The notes beneath the pieces are model-generated. The model made no database searches. It was given only the letters and a program-made list of their open reading frames with translations, and had not been told where the DNA came from. This document shows, in pieces, positions 46,486 to 55,798 of a stretch of 64,000 bases of DNA (positions within the stretch are counted from its first letter, which is position 1; every line of letters begins with the position of its first letter). This DNA is from a virus (Duplodnaviria; Caudoviricetes), in the IMG/VR virus record IMGVR_UViG_3300033121_000943, positions 7,140 to 71,139 of that record; one strand, written 5' to 3'. Made by a program: the position numbers and the translations under genes.

Positions 46486-46776
46486 TCATGCGTCGCTTAT
46501 ATCTTTTCGCAATCGTCTTGGTTCGTACAGGGAGTACCGACAAACACTAAGGCCGGAACTATCTATTCGACAGTATCTCCATTCGCGAGGGTATTTATCG
46601 GCAAGAAAATTCGCTAACTGAACAGCCTGAGATTGCGTCATCTCACTTTCTTTTGCCAACCACTCCCACATCTCCTCTGGCAACTGTATTCGCCAGGACG
46701 CGATGAGACGACGCGTGACCGATACCGGTCTACCGTAATCCATCTTGTTTAAGTATTTCACTTTAGCAAACTTCAT
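46486..46776 (-). CDS. hypothetical protein
   Basis: 96-aa ORF, ATGA-coupled to the upstream gene. Confidence 0.7.
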   Translation of the reverse strand: MKFAKVKYLNKMDYGRPVSVTRRLIASWRIQLPEEMWEWLAKESEMTQSQAVQLANFLADKYPREWRYCRIDSSGLSVCRYSLYEPRRLRKDISDA

Positions 46777-47768
46777 TTGATCTTCTCGAGCTCGTCACAT
46801 AACGTGGCCAGCTTAATAGGAGTTGGTCTTCTCAACGTCTCAATGTTGTCGAGAAGTAATTTAGCGTGTCCGTTTTTCGCACTCGGTACTTCAACGATAC
46901 CGTCGATCGTTTTGTAAGCGAGCCGATCGATACACATCTCAGCTAATGCAGCGTAGCTGAGATCTCTGTGCAAGTAAAAAGCTGTACTTTTGGTGCGAGT
47001 CGTAACAACTGCATCGTCATTGTTTTCGATCTGATTGGCGCCACGAAGAATATACGCACCTCGAAACACGATATCGTTCATCGTAATCGTAGGGTTAATT
47101 ACTCTTCTCTGCACACCATCTACTACAATGTCTTTGTGCTTACAGATTTTCACCTTACGCTTACCACGCTGTACTGTAATTACGTCCTCGCGACTGCTTG
47201 TTTCTTGCTCGGATCTGATACTTACTTGAGTACCTCCCACTCTTAGCAATACTCTTCTAATTGCCTGGGTGCCTACCGTATCAGAAACAAACTGTACATG
47301 TAGGTGACGTCTGTCCGCACGATGCTCCCCGTACGCAACGTAGAAAATTCTGCATGAGGTGAACGACACTATGAGATTAGATGGATTAGCCAAAAACCTT
47401 TTTAGTTTGTTCAAAGGATTCTTAGGATCCTTAGCGTGGATCGACGAACTATCCTCGATTATGAAATGGACGTCGCACGGGAGACCGTCTATGGTACGTG
47501 CAATGTCTTCTTCCCAAATCGAGTACAGACGCTTTTTAGCTTCGAAGTGTCGGGCAGCGTCGCAGAGATCACATTTCCCGCACGGCGAGTAACCATACAC
47601 CTCGCCACTTTCGTCCTGAGCGACTACCAATCCGCAATCCTCTGCGGATCCGTCGCTGCGGTAATTAATGTGGCCGCCTATGTGCGGCAACATCCATCTA
47701 TCAAATACCGCTAAGTCTCGATTATCGACGTGCGAATTACGAGACTTGCCCCGCCTAATGAGAGCCAT
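46773..47768 (-). CDS. putative HUH endonuclease resembling Microviridae-type rolling-circle Rep
   Basis: PCGKCDLC, YVAYGEH, RRHLHVQF (HUH), later AYILR. Confidence 0.5.
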   Translation of the reverse strand: MALIRRGKSRNSHVDNRDLAVFDRWMLPHIGGHINYRSDGSAEDCGLVVAQDESGEVYGYSPCGKCDLCDAARHFEAKKRLYSIWEEDIARTIDGLPCDVHFIIEDSSSIHAKDPKNPLNKLKRFLANPSNLIVSFTSCRIFYVAYGEHRADRRHLHVQFVSDTVGTQAIRRVLLRVGGTQVSIRSEQETSSREDVITVQRGKRKVKICKHKDIVVDGVQRRVINPTITMNDIVFRGAYILRGANQIENNDDAVVTTRTKSTAFYLHRDLSYAALAEMCIDRLAYKTIDGIVEVPSAKNGHAKLLLDNIETLRRPTPIKLATLCDELEKIK

Positions 47769-47883
47769 TTTGGGCCCCCATTACATTTTTTGCGCAGCCG
47801 ATCGCATTGACCACGAACGGCCACGGGCGTACAATTTCCCGTGGAATAAGCACGTTATGACTGATCCTCGTAACGAACCAAAG

Positions 47884-47920
47884 AAAGACCATGAGCCTCT
47901 AACTCATGGTCTTTTTTCAT
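47884..47920. terminator. 12-bp perfect hairpin, possibly bidirectional terminator
   Basis: AAAGACCATGAG-N7-CTCATGGTCTTT with T-rich flanks on both strands. Confidence 0.75.
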
Positions 47921-47975
47921 TTGTCGATAACCGACTCATGAACCGAAACATGTTGCCATATTTCGATCCTCGCGA

Positions 47976-48614
47976 CTAGTCCAGAAGGACCTTGATAACT
48001 GGATGCACCGGACTGATGAGGTCTAACGTCCCGTCCGCGGCCATCTTTTGCTCAAACTCCACCAACCGCGACATCACTTTCTGTGTTTTTTGTCGAAGCT
48101 CTTCCGATTCTTCCTGCAACTTTTTGTATTGTCGCGTAATCTCCTCGATCTCGGCTTTGCGAGCTTTTTTCGCGACGCTGTCTTGCTGTAGGACTTGCCC
48201 GACCTTCTTGATGTCGGCCAAAACAACATCGACGTCCGCATGTTTTTCCTTTGCGAAATCATCAACGATTTTTTGAATCTCGCCCGGCATTTCTGCTATC
48301 GCCTTAAGCGTTTGCAAGTACAGATCGGTTATCTCTCTCGATTTGGCCTGTAACTTCGCCACTAGTGGCAGCACATTGACGTTGATCGACGATTCGTCCA
48401 CAGGCTGATTGCTGCTACCGTTCGAATACGCCATCCGCATGGAGAAAAAAGCGTACGACATAACGACCGAGGCCGTAACGACGTCGCTGATTTTTTGCGA
48501 GTAATCGAATGACTCGTGTTTTTTATTAACATATTCGGTTATTAGTTCTCTGATGCTTTGGATGATATCGTCAAACGACACGTGGGATTGTTTGATTTGC
48601 TCTAGATTGGTCAT
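47976..48614 (-). CDS. coiled-coil hypothetical protein
   Basis: ATG at 48614; the supplied start falls in a terminator U-tract. Confidence 0.75.
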   Translation of the reverse strand: MTNLEQIKQSHVSFDDIIQSIRELITEYVNKKHESFDYSQKISDVVTASVVMSYAFFSMRMAYSNGSSNQPVDESSINVNVLPLVAKLQAKSREITDLYLQTLKAIAEMPGEIQKIVDDFAKEKHADVDVVLADIKKVGQVLQQDSVAKKARKAEIEEITRQYKKLQEESEELRQKTQKVMSRLVEFEQKMAADGTLDLISPVHPVIKVLLD

Positions 48615-48645
48615 GTGACTTTCCTTACTTCTAAGTTTTGTGGGC

Positions 48646-48675
48646 AAAAAAAAAAGACCGGGGATCTCTCCCCGG
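48646..48675 (-). terminator. intrinsic terminator
   Basis: CCGGGGA/TCCCCGG stem plus T10 on the minus strand. Confidence 0.85.
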
Positions 48676-48695
48676 CCTTACTGATTCGAATCTGA

Positions 48696-48956
48696 TTAGA
48701 GGCTCGTGTTCCACGTAATGTTAAACGGAGATACGACCTCGTTTAGCCAAACATACCACCAATGCCACGGGCTCGCCGAGTCGTACGTATTCTGCTGAGC
48801 AATATAAAACTCAGTCAACGCCATGGCCACCTGATTAAACAGAACAAAGTAGTACTCGCACTCTGCTTCCCAGTAGGCGATCGCGTAGCCGTCGTTGTTT
48901 GCGATAGCTTCGGCTAACTGTTCACATGCGTACGTATATCCAGCACTACCAGCCAC
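48696..48956 (-). CDS. aromatic-rich small hypothetical protein
   Basis: 86-aa ORF with GTG start ending just before a terminator. Confidence 0.5.
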   Translation of the reverse strand: MAGSAGYTYACEQLAEAIANNDGYAIAYWEAECEYYFVLFNQVAMALTEFYIAQQNTYDSASPWHWWYVWLNEVVSPFNITWNTSL

Positions 48957-49132
48957 AGCGTCGGATATTTATGTCTGATACGCATCATCCGATAGCTCGC
49001 AGCTACTGCCGCTCGCCACCCGCTGTGATATGCCGCTACCCAATGAAATTCATTGGTGTGAAACACTTTCTGTGAGTAGCGAATCTTTTCTTTGACGTAA
49101 GAGATGATCTCTTCGTCACTTACTTCTGACAC
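48914..49132 (-). CDS. small hypothetical protein
   Basis: 72-aa ORF overlapping the upstream stop. Confidence 0.5.
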   Translation of the reverse strand: MSEVSDEEIISYVKEKIRYSQKVFHTNEFHWVAAYHSGWRAAVAASYRMMRIRHKYPTLWLVVLDIRTHVNS

Positions 49133-49881
49133 GATGCTTCTGCTTCTTCGTGTTCCTTGTTAACAGATGCCATCACAGCACTGACGCCTTCCAGAATATC
49201 TTTTTCTGTAAGACCGGCGTCCAACAATGCCTTGACCTTTTCAGCCCTAAGCTTTTTGTTGTTACTGGAAATCTGCTCATACACAATCTCTGTCTTTTGC
49301 ATAAACATGACCAGATCTACTAAGCGTTGGTCAATCTCGCCTAACGTAGTTGGCGATGGCTGATCTAAACAAAAGCCCGGTATAACAGATCTGTGGGATA
49401 CCATGACGGCGATAATAGATGCTGCATCCCTACCGTGCCGAAATCGACAATCTCTGCGCATAAATGCTTTACCAAGATCGTCTGTTTTCACGAGCTCTTC
49501 GATCTTCAGATTGTCCATCAGCTTCTCGTGGCACTCAGCCAAAGTTTCCTCTGACTTGACATCGAAAATTTTCTTTTCGATTGAATTGTCGATAATCGCG
49601 TCGTTCGATGTCGCCAAACCAAAAGCACTGGCTGCGTTACACATCGCGTTTCTTACCATCGAATCGATCACCGTGCTGGCTCGTTCGGTCTTTATCAGGA
49701 TCGGCTCTGGTTTCTTAGGTTTCGGTGCCGTTGCTTTGGCAGCAACTTTCTTTGTTGCTTTCGACGCCGCTTTCTTCGCAACAGCCGTCTTCACTGCGGC
49801 CTTCTTGGCAGCACCTTTTGCCGCCTTCGTCTTCTTTACCGAGATTGAAGATTTCGATGATTGTTTCGATTTCTTTGCCAT
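49120..49881 (-). CDS. protein with histone-H1-like K/A-rich N-terminal tail
   Basis: MAKKSKQSSK...KKTKAAKGAAKKAAVKTAVAKKAASKATKKVAAKATAPKPKK. Confidence 0.75.
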   Translation of the reverse strand: MAKKSKQSSKSSISVKKTKAAKGAAKKAAVKTAVAKKAASKATKKVAAKATAPKPKKPEPILIKTERASTVIDSMVRNAMCNAASAFGLATSNDAIIDNSIEKKIFDVKSEETLAECHEKLMDNLKIEELVKTDDLGKAFMRRDCRFRHGRDAASIIAVMVSHRSVIPGFCLDQPSPTTLGEIDQRLVDLVMFMQKTEIVYEQISSNNKKLRAEKVKALLDAGLTEKDILEGVSAVMASVNKEHEEAEASCQK

Positions 49882-50296
49882 TTGACTTCTCTCTTTCTCT
49901 TTTGTTAGCGGACGTATGCAATCGCATGAAACACTTAACCAAATACTCTTCAGTGAAACCATCCGAGCTCATTACAGCTTGGCATAGGCTTCGTAAGTCT
50001 TTGCCCAGGTCATAGAATGCGACCTTTGCAACGGCGAGCTCGTTGTACCTTTTGACGTAAAGACTCTGTATAGCTTCGGCTAGGACCTCTATCTCGTTCG
50101 GTATCGGTCCTTCCTTATGAATCGGGCTGTCTTCGTCGAGGATCGAATCATCCTGGCTGCACAAGGCATTAATGCCCTGCTGTAGTACGTCGTTTGGTAA
50201 CTTACGACTTTCGGCATCCGCTCTGTCTACGGCGCCGGATACCAAACTTTCGAACAGACGAATAGAGCTGCCCGGCAGAAGCGTTGTCTTGGACAT
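49715..50296 (-). CDS. hypothetical protein
   Basis: 193-aa ORF; last ~55 aa are read-through over the downstream K/A repeats. Confidence 0.6.
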   Translation of the reverse strand: MSKTTLLPGSSIRLFESLVSGAVDRADAESRKLPNDVLQQGINALCSQDDSILDEDSPIHKEGPIPNEIEVLAEAIQSLYVKRYNELAVAKVAFYDLGKDLRSLCQAVMSSDGFTEEYLVKCFMRLHTSANKREREKSNGKEIETIIEIFNLGKEDEGGKRCCQEGRSEDGCCEESGVESNKESCCQSNGTET

Positions 50297-50319
50297 TGGT
50301 AAACCTCTTTCTCGACTTA

Positions 50320-50634
50320 TTACGATCGAGTACGTGTTAGAGAAACTGAAGATCTTTTACGTTCGTTAAGTGTTAACAGCATGTTCGGCATCCATAATTT
50401 CCATTTGGCCGACATACTCATTTGGGGCCATACGTGATCGTCTACCAGGGTCGAATAGTACCTGTAGCTCTCGGTGCTTATGTCATTAATGTCTTTGACC
50501 CTGAAATGTACGATCGCCTTACCTAGCTGCATCTGTAACTTACTATTGTGATCGTCGATCAGTAGTAAGAACCGAACACACCCGGCGCGGCTGTAAGTGG
50601 TTCTTACAGGAGTTACATGTATTCGCATTGACAT
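50320..50634 (-). CDS. hypothetical protein
   Basis: 104-aa ORF, first gene downstream of the long non-coding region. Confidence 0.6.
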   Translation of the reverse strand: MSMRIHVTPVRTTYSRAGCVRFLLLIDDHNSKLQMQLGKAIVHFRVKDINDISTESYRYYSTLVDDHVWPQMSMSAKWKLWMPNMLLTLNERKRSSVSLTRTRS

Positions 50635-50647
50635 AAATCCTGGTGAT

Positions 50648-50801
50648 TGATCGGTTATTAACGACCGATCACGTTCTAAGGAAGATAGGTGATCTATTCA
50701 ACTTGATAGATCACAGTTTTTACATGTCGGGTTTCACGAATTCAGATACGTGATCATCTCTCGAGCAATATGCATCTCACGATTACAGATGCGTGATCAT
50801 C
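50648..50801. repeat. two TGATC-N14-GATCA inverted repeats (50648-50671, 50690-50713) and a 16-bp direct repeat CAGATRCGTGATCATC (50743, 50786)
   Basis: Read directly. Confidence 0.85.
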
Positions 50802-50854
50802 ATTATTCAGCTTTACCGCACTTTGAGCCGTACGATCGGCTTCCCCCGCCAGCA

Positions 50855-50968
50855 CTTTCTATTTGGGTACCGATAGACAGGCATTTTTACGGACATCCCT
50901 TTCCATCTATAGGCCGATGGACAGGCGTTTCTATGCTTATGCCTTTCCATCTATAAGCCGATGGACAG
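50855..50968 (+). repeat. three tandem 44-bp units with core CTTTCYATYTNNNNNCCGATRGACAG
   Basis: Cores start at 50855, 50899 and 50943; copies 2 and 3 differ at 1 of 27 nt. Confidence 0.9.
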
Positions 50969-51565
50969 ACTTTGGTACATATCCTTACACTTGCACGATA
51001 GTTCGTCGTACGACGCATTAATTAATTGTCGGAAGTTCTTACAGATTGACCGCTGTAATGCGGCTTGTGTTCACTTGATGGCCATGATACATGGTGTTTC
51101 TTTATGCCATGGCTTCCTTACCTCATGGTAGGTCTTCGGTTGTTTTTCGGTACCGCAAGTATGGCCGTGCGGTCGGCATTTTGCTTTGGCCGTGTTTCGC
51201 GTTCTATGGCTACGCGACGAGCTTTACATATCACTCGGTGTCGTTTGACCAGCGTTACGACACGCGTTCTTATACCCCGTCTATCGGCGCATACACCCAC
51301 CGACAGGTTCTTCGTTTCCGACGTCGGCTTACATTGCTAGCCGATAAGCGTTCGGTACCGAACCTACCATTTCTGTGTCCGTAATTAGCTACTCTACGGA
51401 TGGATTTTATGTGTGCATCTCTCTTCCGGCATGGTTTCTCGGCCGGTCGATTTTCGTTTTGTGTTTCGGCGTTTTTCGGTGCCGAACGATTTTCGTTTCC
51501 ATTCTTTTCCTGTACCGCGAACGGTCCTCGCGGTAGGTATTTTGAGGTTATTAATTATGGAGTTG

Positions 51566-51685
51566 CGACATACGTAGCCTGTCGTCGGCTTTAGCGACAA
51601 TCTCACCTTTCGGCGCACATGTGACGCCGCCACATTTCCGGAAATTCACGTCACGACATACGGTAGCCTGTCGCCGGCATTTTAG
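51566..51685 (+). repeat. imperfect ~30-bp direct repeat CGACATACG(G)TAGCCTGTCG.CGGC, starts 88 bp apart
   Basis: Copies at 51566 and 51654, each with a CGACA/TGTCG inverted repeat. Confidence 0.85.
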
Positions 51686-52089
51686 ATGGATTGTTGTGTT
51701 GTTGATAACTACCCAACACTAGGCTTTGTTCGATCTATTAGCCGATCGAAAGGCTTTGATACGAAGGAGAGAATACACGAGAGAGTATAGGAGGAAACAT
51801 ACGAGAAAACATCCTAGAGAACATCCTAGAATAGATCTCTGTAGGATTAGGACTGCTTAATGTAGAGCTGAATACTATTAAAAAAATTCAGCTACCTAAC
51901 CTGATGGGTGGTGAAATTATTTTAAGTCATTTGGCCGTAATGGTTTATGTCTATGCACATTTAATTACATATACATAACTAGAGTGTTTTCGATTTCAGA
52001 ACGCGATTTGATCGGCGCCGAATTCTAAACAGCTAAAATTTCGTACACCGTCGTTCATCAGGTTTTTCAGTACGACGTCGGTAAATGAG

Positions 52090-52114
52090 AACGCCCGGTC
52101 ATAAGCCGGGCGTT
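52090..52114 (-). terminator. possible terminator
   Basis: AACGCCCGG-N7-CCGGGCGTT just after the 52146 stop; weak U-tract. Confidence 0.55.
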
Positions 52115-52145
52115 ATCGTTCAAATTGCGATCTTTTGGACCGAAT

Positions 52146-52595
52146 CTAGTTAGCCTTGGCCTTGGCTTCGTCGGCAAGGGCCTTGGCTTCGATTCTACGC
52201 CACTCCGCCATCTCTTCAGGTGTCGTCGGCCTAAATCCCTTTCCAGGGCCTTTATAGGTCAATTGTGCGGGTCTTGGCCATTCTTTCTTGCACCAAGTAC
52301 AGATCACGTGTGACATCGTGAAGTCGGTACCGTCGTACTGGGCTTCCATGCGTTCGTGGACACAGTTGGCTTGTTCGGCTTTTTTAACTCGAGCAAGCTC
52401 TTTTTGAAGTTCCTTGATTTTCAACTCAAGGAGTTCGATTGGATTCGAGCGAATCCGCTCGACTAACGTCATCTGAGACTGGCCCCGTAAAGCGGATGTG
52501 GCGATAACAACTAACAGAACAACGCCCACAAAAGCAAAAGTGACCATTCCGTAACGAATCTTAAAGTAAGCCATATTTGGGCACATAGCATTCAA
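52146..52595 (-). CDS. membrane-anchored coiled-coil protein with C/H..CxxC motif
   Basis: N-terminal hydrophobic helix, heptad region, CVH...CTWC. Confidence 0.7.
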   Translation of the reverse strand: MNAMCPNMAYFKIRYGMVTFAFVGVVLLVVIATSALRGQSQMTLVERIRSNPIELLELKIKELQKELARVKKAEQANCVHERMEAQYDGTDFTMSHVICTWCKKEWPRPAQLTYKGPGKGFRPTTPEEMAEWRRIEAKALADEAKAKAN

Positions 52596-52657
52596 TCTCC
52601 GTTAGTAAGGGACGATGCTGTCCCGGTTAGTAACAGATTTCTGCTCAAGTCCTTATG

Positions 52658-52999
52658 TTAGGTTTCCGATTTAACAATAAAACGATGTACGAAAATGGAA
52701 CCCGCCGTAGTTGCTAGTATAAGCAACGCGCATGCCGTGATTCCGCAGCCAATTTCTCCTACTAGCCTAAGAGTGAGGCAAGCGACGAGGGCCACCCAGA
52801 ATGGTAGGCAGTTGGCGCATTGGATAGCGTAATACACCTTGTCGGCGATGTATTTATTCGGAATTGCAAACATTAAGAGCGACTTGTAATCTCCGTTCTG
52901 CAATCTTGCTCGAAAATCCCCAAGTAGGGCTGAGTTGAACCACACGTAGTGGAAGAAACCCAAGGCACAGCTGAGAAGAAGGAAGTACTCGAAAAGCAT
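52658..52999 (-). CDS. small membrane protein with CxxC..W motif (DUF1360-like)
   Basis: Three hydrophobic segments and CANCLPFW. Confidence 0.6.
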   Translation of the reverse strand: MLFEYFLLLSCALGFFHYVWFNSALLGDFRARLQNGDYKSLLMFAIPNKYIADKVYYAIQCANCLPFWVALVACLTLRLVGEIGCGITACALLILATTAGSIFVHRFIVKSET

Positions 53000-53011
53000 A
53001 GAAATCGCCCC

Positions 53012-53725
53012 TTATCTGTTGTTTACTGATTCGAGCTCGGAAATGAGCTCTGTCCAATCGATGCTAACGAGTGCCGGATCTTGTCGCAACGCTGCAATAA
53101 CCCGGCGAACCACTTTAGCGTAAGCAAGAGTGTGCTGACGTTCTTCTACGAGGGTAGAGCTCATTTCTCGAACGATGTCGACAATGTCGATGTTTTCCGG
53201 AGTCACCATGTGTGGGTCCTCGGAGAACCAGTCGATCACTGGATCGGCGGCCTTAATTACATTAAGGTTTCGTTGTTTTAAGAAATTACATTCTTTGATC
53301 AGGCACGGGACGCAGACGTAATAGCTGCCTTCGTTACTTCCCGGCATGCCTGCTTCTTCGCTGGGATTACGGCTTAGATACCCGTTACACTTACGGCATC
53401 GAGAGAGTGCTACGGTATCTGGCTTTCGACCATTCTCGTCCTGGGTTATTTGTTCCAGGTCAGCCAGAAGCGATCGACTAACGTTAATAGACAACCGATC
53501 GTCGTCGCCTGGGGACAGAATCATGTCCTTGATAAATCGTTCGACGGCACTTTGGGTATTAACAAACAACCTTGCAAACACAGTGCGGTCGCACCCTGTA
53601 CCTGTGTCGTATACTGTCTCACCTACTTCGTTAGTAAGCTCTTTGGTACCGCACATCCATACTTTGTTGGGCGAAGCTATATGCGATCGCGGCATACCAC
53701 AGAACGGACATTTGTCTCTGGCCAT
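53012..53725 (-). CDS. Cys-rich (two putative Zn sites) hypothetical protein
   Basis: CPFC..C..C and CRKC..CVPC. Confidence 0.7.
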   Translation of the reverse strand: MARDKCPFCGMPRSHIASPNKVWMCGTKELTNEVGETVYDTGTGCDRTVFARLFVNTQSAVERFIKDMILSPGDDDRLSINVSRSLLADLEQITQDENGRKPDTVALSRCRKCNGYLSRNPSEEAGMPGSNEGSYYVCVPCLIKECNFLKQRNLNVIKAADPVIDWFSEDPHMVTPENIDIVDIVREMSSTLVEERQHTLAYAKVVRRVIAALRQDPALVSIDWTELISELESVNNR

Positions 53726-53745
53726 TGGAAATCTCTGTTGCGACC

Positions 53746-53952
53746 TTACGGTCTAGGCTCTTTATACTGATCCACCGCTTGGATATGATCGAACGCGGTA
53801 GCATCAGTGTCTTTCCGTAGGTCCACGACCGTTCCCGGGTTAGGAATCAGGTTGTGGGTGGATACCGTAATGCTTACACCTTGACGTTGGGTGGTTAGTA
53901 TTCCGGTCTTATGCAAATAGGTTGGCGGTGACGATTTCATGAGCACATCCAT
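53746..53952 (-). CDS. small hypothetical protein, start 53952 or 53940
   Basis: Fills the gap; the in-frame ATG at 53940 shares CATG with the terminase start. Confidence 0.45.
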   Translation of the reverse strand: MDVLMKSSPPTYLHKTGILTTQRQGVSITVSTHNLIPNPGTVVDLRKDTDATAFDHIQAVDQYKEPRP

Positions 53953-55798
53953 CTACAACAACAAAGGTGAAGTCGATGCGAGATTGTTCGGTCAGGATTT
54001 GGCCAGGAAGATACAGCTCTCGCAGAGCCTAACCTACCTGTTGCCATTAGTGTTTTCATGGAAAGGTGAGCCGGTAAACCTGCATCACCATTATCCATTC
54101 GAGCCCATGTTCGACTTGATACCACCGAGACGAACACTCCTAATGTGCGGTCGTCAGGTAGGTAAATCGTTCCAAAGTGCACTGTCGATAACCACCGACT
54201 GCATGGTTAGGCCTCACTTTCAAGTTCTATTCGTTACACCTCTGTTCGAGCAAGTTCGGCGGTTCTCCACGCTTTATTTGGCGCCGCTGATAGGGGAGAG
54301 CCCGTCTAAGCGAGTTTTGACAGGTAAGGGTGCTACCAACCAAGTATTACAACGGACGCTCGGCAATAAGTCCTCAATCTTCCTAAGTTACGCCGGTAGA
54401 GACGCGAACCGTATCCGCGGTACTTCGGCCAACAAAGTAAATTACGACGAGTTTCAATTGTTCGTGGAAGATCTTTTACCAGCCATCCGTAACGTAATGG
54501 GTGGTAGTAAGACGGGCGAGTATGAGACATTCTCGGGAACCCCTCTCACACCATCCAACGTACTGTCACGTTACTGGCGCCGAACGAGTATGTCGGAATG
54601 GGCGATTCCGTGTCGTTCGTGTAATTACACTAACATTCCGGCTAGAGAATACGATCTCGAAGCCATTATTGGACCTTACCATCCAGATATAAGCCCTGAC
54701 TGTCCCGGTACTCTATGTCGTAAGTGCCGTAAGCCTATATTCACTCAGGACGGCGTATGGTGGCATAGGGATCCATCTAAGTGGTTTGAGTTCCGAGGTA
54801 TGCATCTGCCTCAGATCGTCATGCCTTGGCATGCTACGGATCCTTCGCGATGGAAAGAATTACACATTACGTTAGCTCGCGGCGACGAGCGTGAAATCTA
54901 CAACGAAATCTGTGCCGAACCATGCGACTCCGGGTTTAGGCCGCTATCAACGGCACAGCTACAAGCAGCAGCCTGCTTACAGCACCCTAACACATTAGCT
55001 GGTGCGCTGTCGGTTAAAGAAAGATACGTACGCTTCGCCATGGGTATCGACTGGGGTGGTGGCGGTGTGAGCCGTGTGTCGCGAACCAAGGCTGCGATCA
55101 TCGGTGTTACGCCACTTGGCGAGACGCATGTGATTTACGGGATCGACATGAACATGTCGTTCAGCCCTATCAAAGAAGCTAAAGCGTTGTTGGCCTTAGC
55201 AAATAGATTCGGATGCGAGATCATCGCTCACGACGCCAGCGGTGGTTTGGGTAGTGTTAGCGAGAACATCTTACAGACAGTAGGCATGTTGCCGTGTGAG
55301 GTCATGGGTATGACCTATGTCGGCACCTACCCTAGTGGAGCCTTCATCAAGGGAAACATCGACGAGATGGCCGGTAAGGAGTACTTCACCGTAGACCGCT
55401 CGAGGTCGTTACAGTTTGTGTTCGAGTGTATCAAACAAGGGAAGCTTAAATTCTTCCAATACGATTACGAGAGCGACAACAATCCCGGACTGCTACACGA
55501 CTTCCTGTCGATAGCAGCCGAGATCGGTCGAACCGGCGTTGGTCGCGACGTGCTCAACTTCATTCGCGAAGAGAACATGTCTGATGACTTCGCACACGCC
55601 GTTAATTTCGCATGCCTAGGTATGTGGCAGACGTACCACAACTGGCCGCAGGTTAATTACAAAGGGTCTACGTTAGACATGAACCAAGTAGCCGAATGGG
55701 CAACTGTCGGGTCGAACTATTACTCCGATGAAGAGATCGAGTCGATTCTTAAGGAAGTAACGGTACAACCATTGTCTTACGAAATTTTTAACGACTGA
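53939..55798 (+). CDS. terminase large subunit (GpA-like with Zn insertion)
   Basis: GRQVGKS, IRG..ANKVNYDE, FSGTP, CRSC/CRKC, GIDWG and DDFAHA nuclease motifs. Confidence 0.9.
   Translation: MSTSIYNNKGEVDARLFGQDLARKIQLSQSLTYLLPLVFSWKGEPVNLHHHYPFEPMFDLIPPRRTLLMCGRQVGKSFQSALSITTDCMVRPHFQVLFVTPLFEQVRRFSTLYLAPLIGESPSKRVLTGKGATNQVLQRTLGNKSSIFLSYAGRDANRIRGTSANKVNYDEFQLFVEDLLPAIRNVMGGSKTGEYETFSGTPLTPSNVLSRYWRRTSMSEWAIPCRSCNYTNIPAREYDLEAIIGPYHPDISPDCPGTLCRKCRKPIFTQDGVWWHRDPSKWFEFRGMHLPQIVMPWHATDPSRWKELHITLARGDEREIYNEICAEPCDSGFRPLSTAQLQAAACLQHPNTLAGALSVKERYVRFAMGIDWGGGGVSRVSRTKAAIIGVTPLGETHVIYGIDMNMSFSPIKEAKALLALANRFGCEIIAHDASGGLGSVSENILQTVGMLPCEVMGMTYVGTYPSGAFIKGNIDEMAGKEYFTVDRSRSLQFVFECIKQGKLKFFQYDYESDNNPGLLHDFLSIAAEIGRTGVGRDVLNFIREENMSDDFAHAVNFACLGMWQTYHNWPQVNYKGSTLDMNQVAEWATVGSNYYSDEEIESILKEVTVQPLSYEIFND

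Noticed and set aside
48957-49030. Possible read-through or pseudogene extension of the 86-aa ORF across an in-frame TAA
   Set aside because: The upstream frame is short, overlaps another ORF and has no supporting similarity
50855-50968. Mini CRISPR array (26-27-bp palindromic repeats with 18-bp spacers)
   Set aside because: The two spacers are 11/18 identical to each other and too short, and no cas genes or leader are present; better described as a degenerate 44-bp tandem repeat
51065-51633. Small ORFs inside the non-coding region (51065, 51091, 51118, 51394, 51400)
   Set aside because: They overlap on both strands, reflect low-complexity T-rich repeats, and lack SD sequences or motifs
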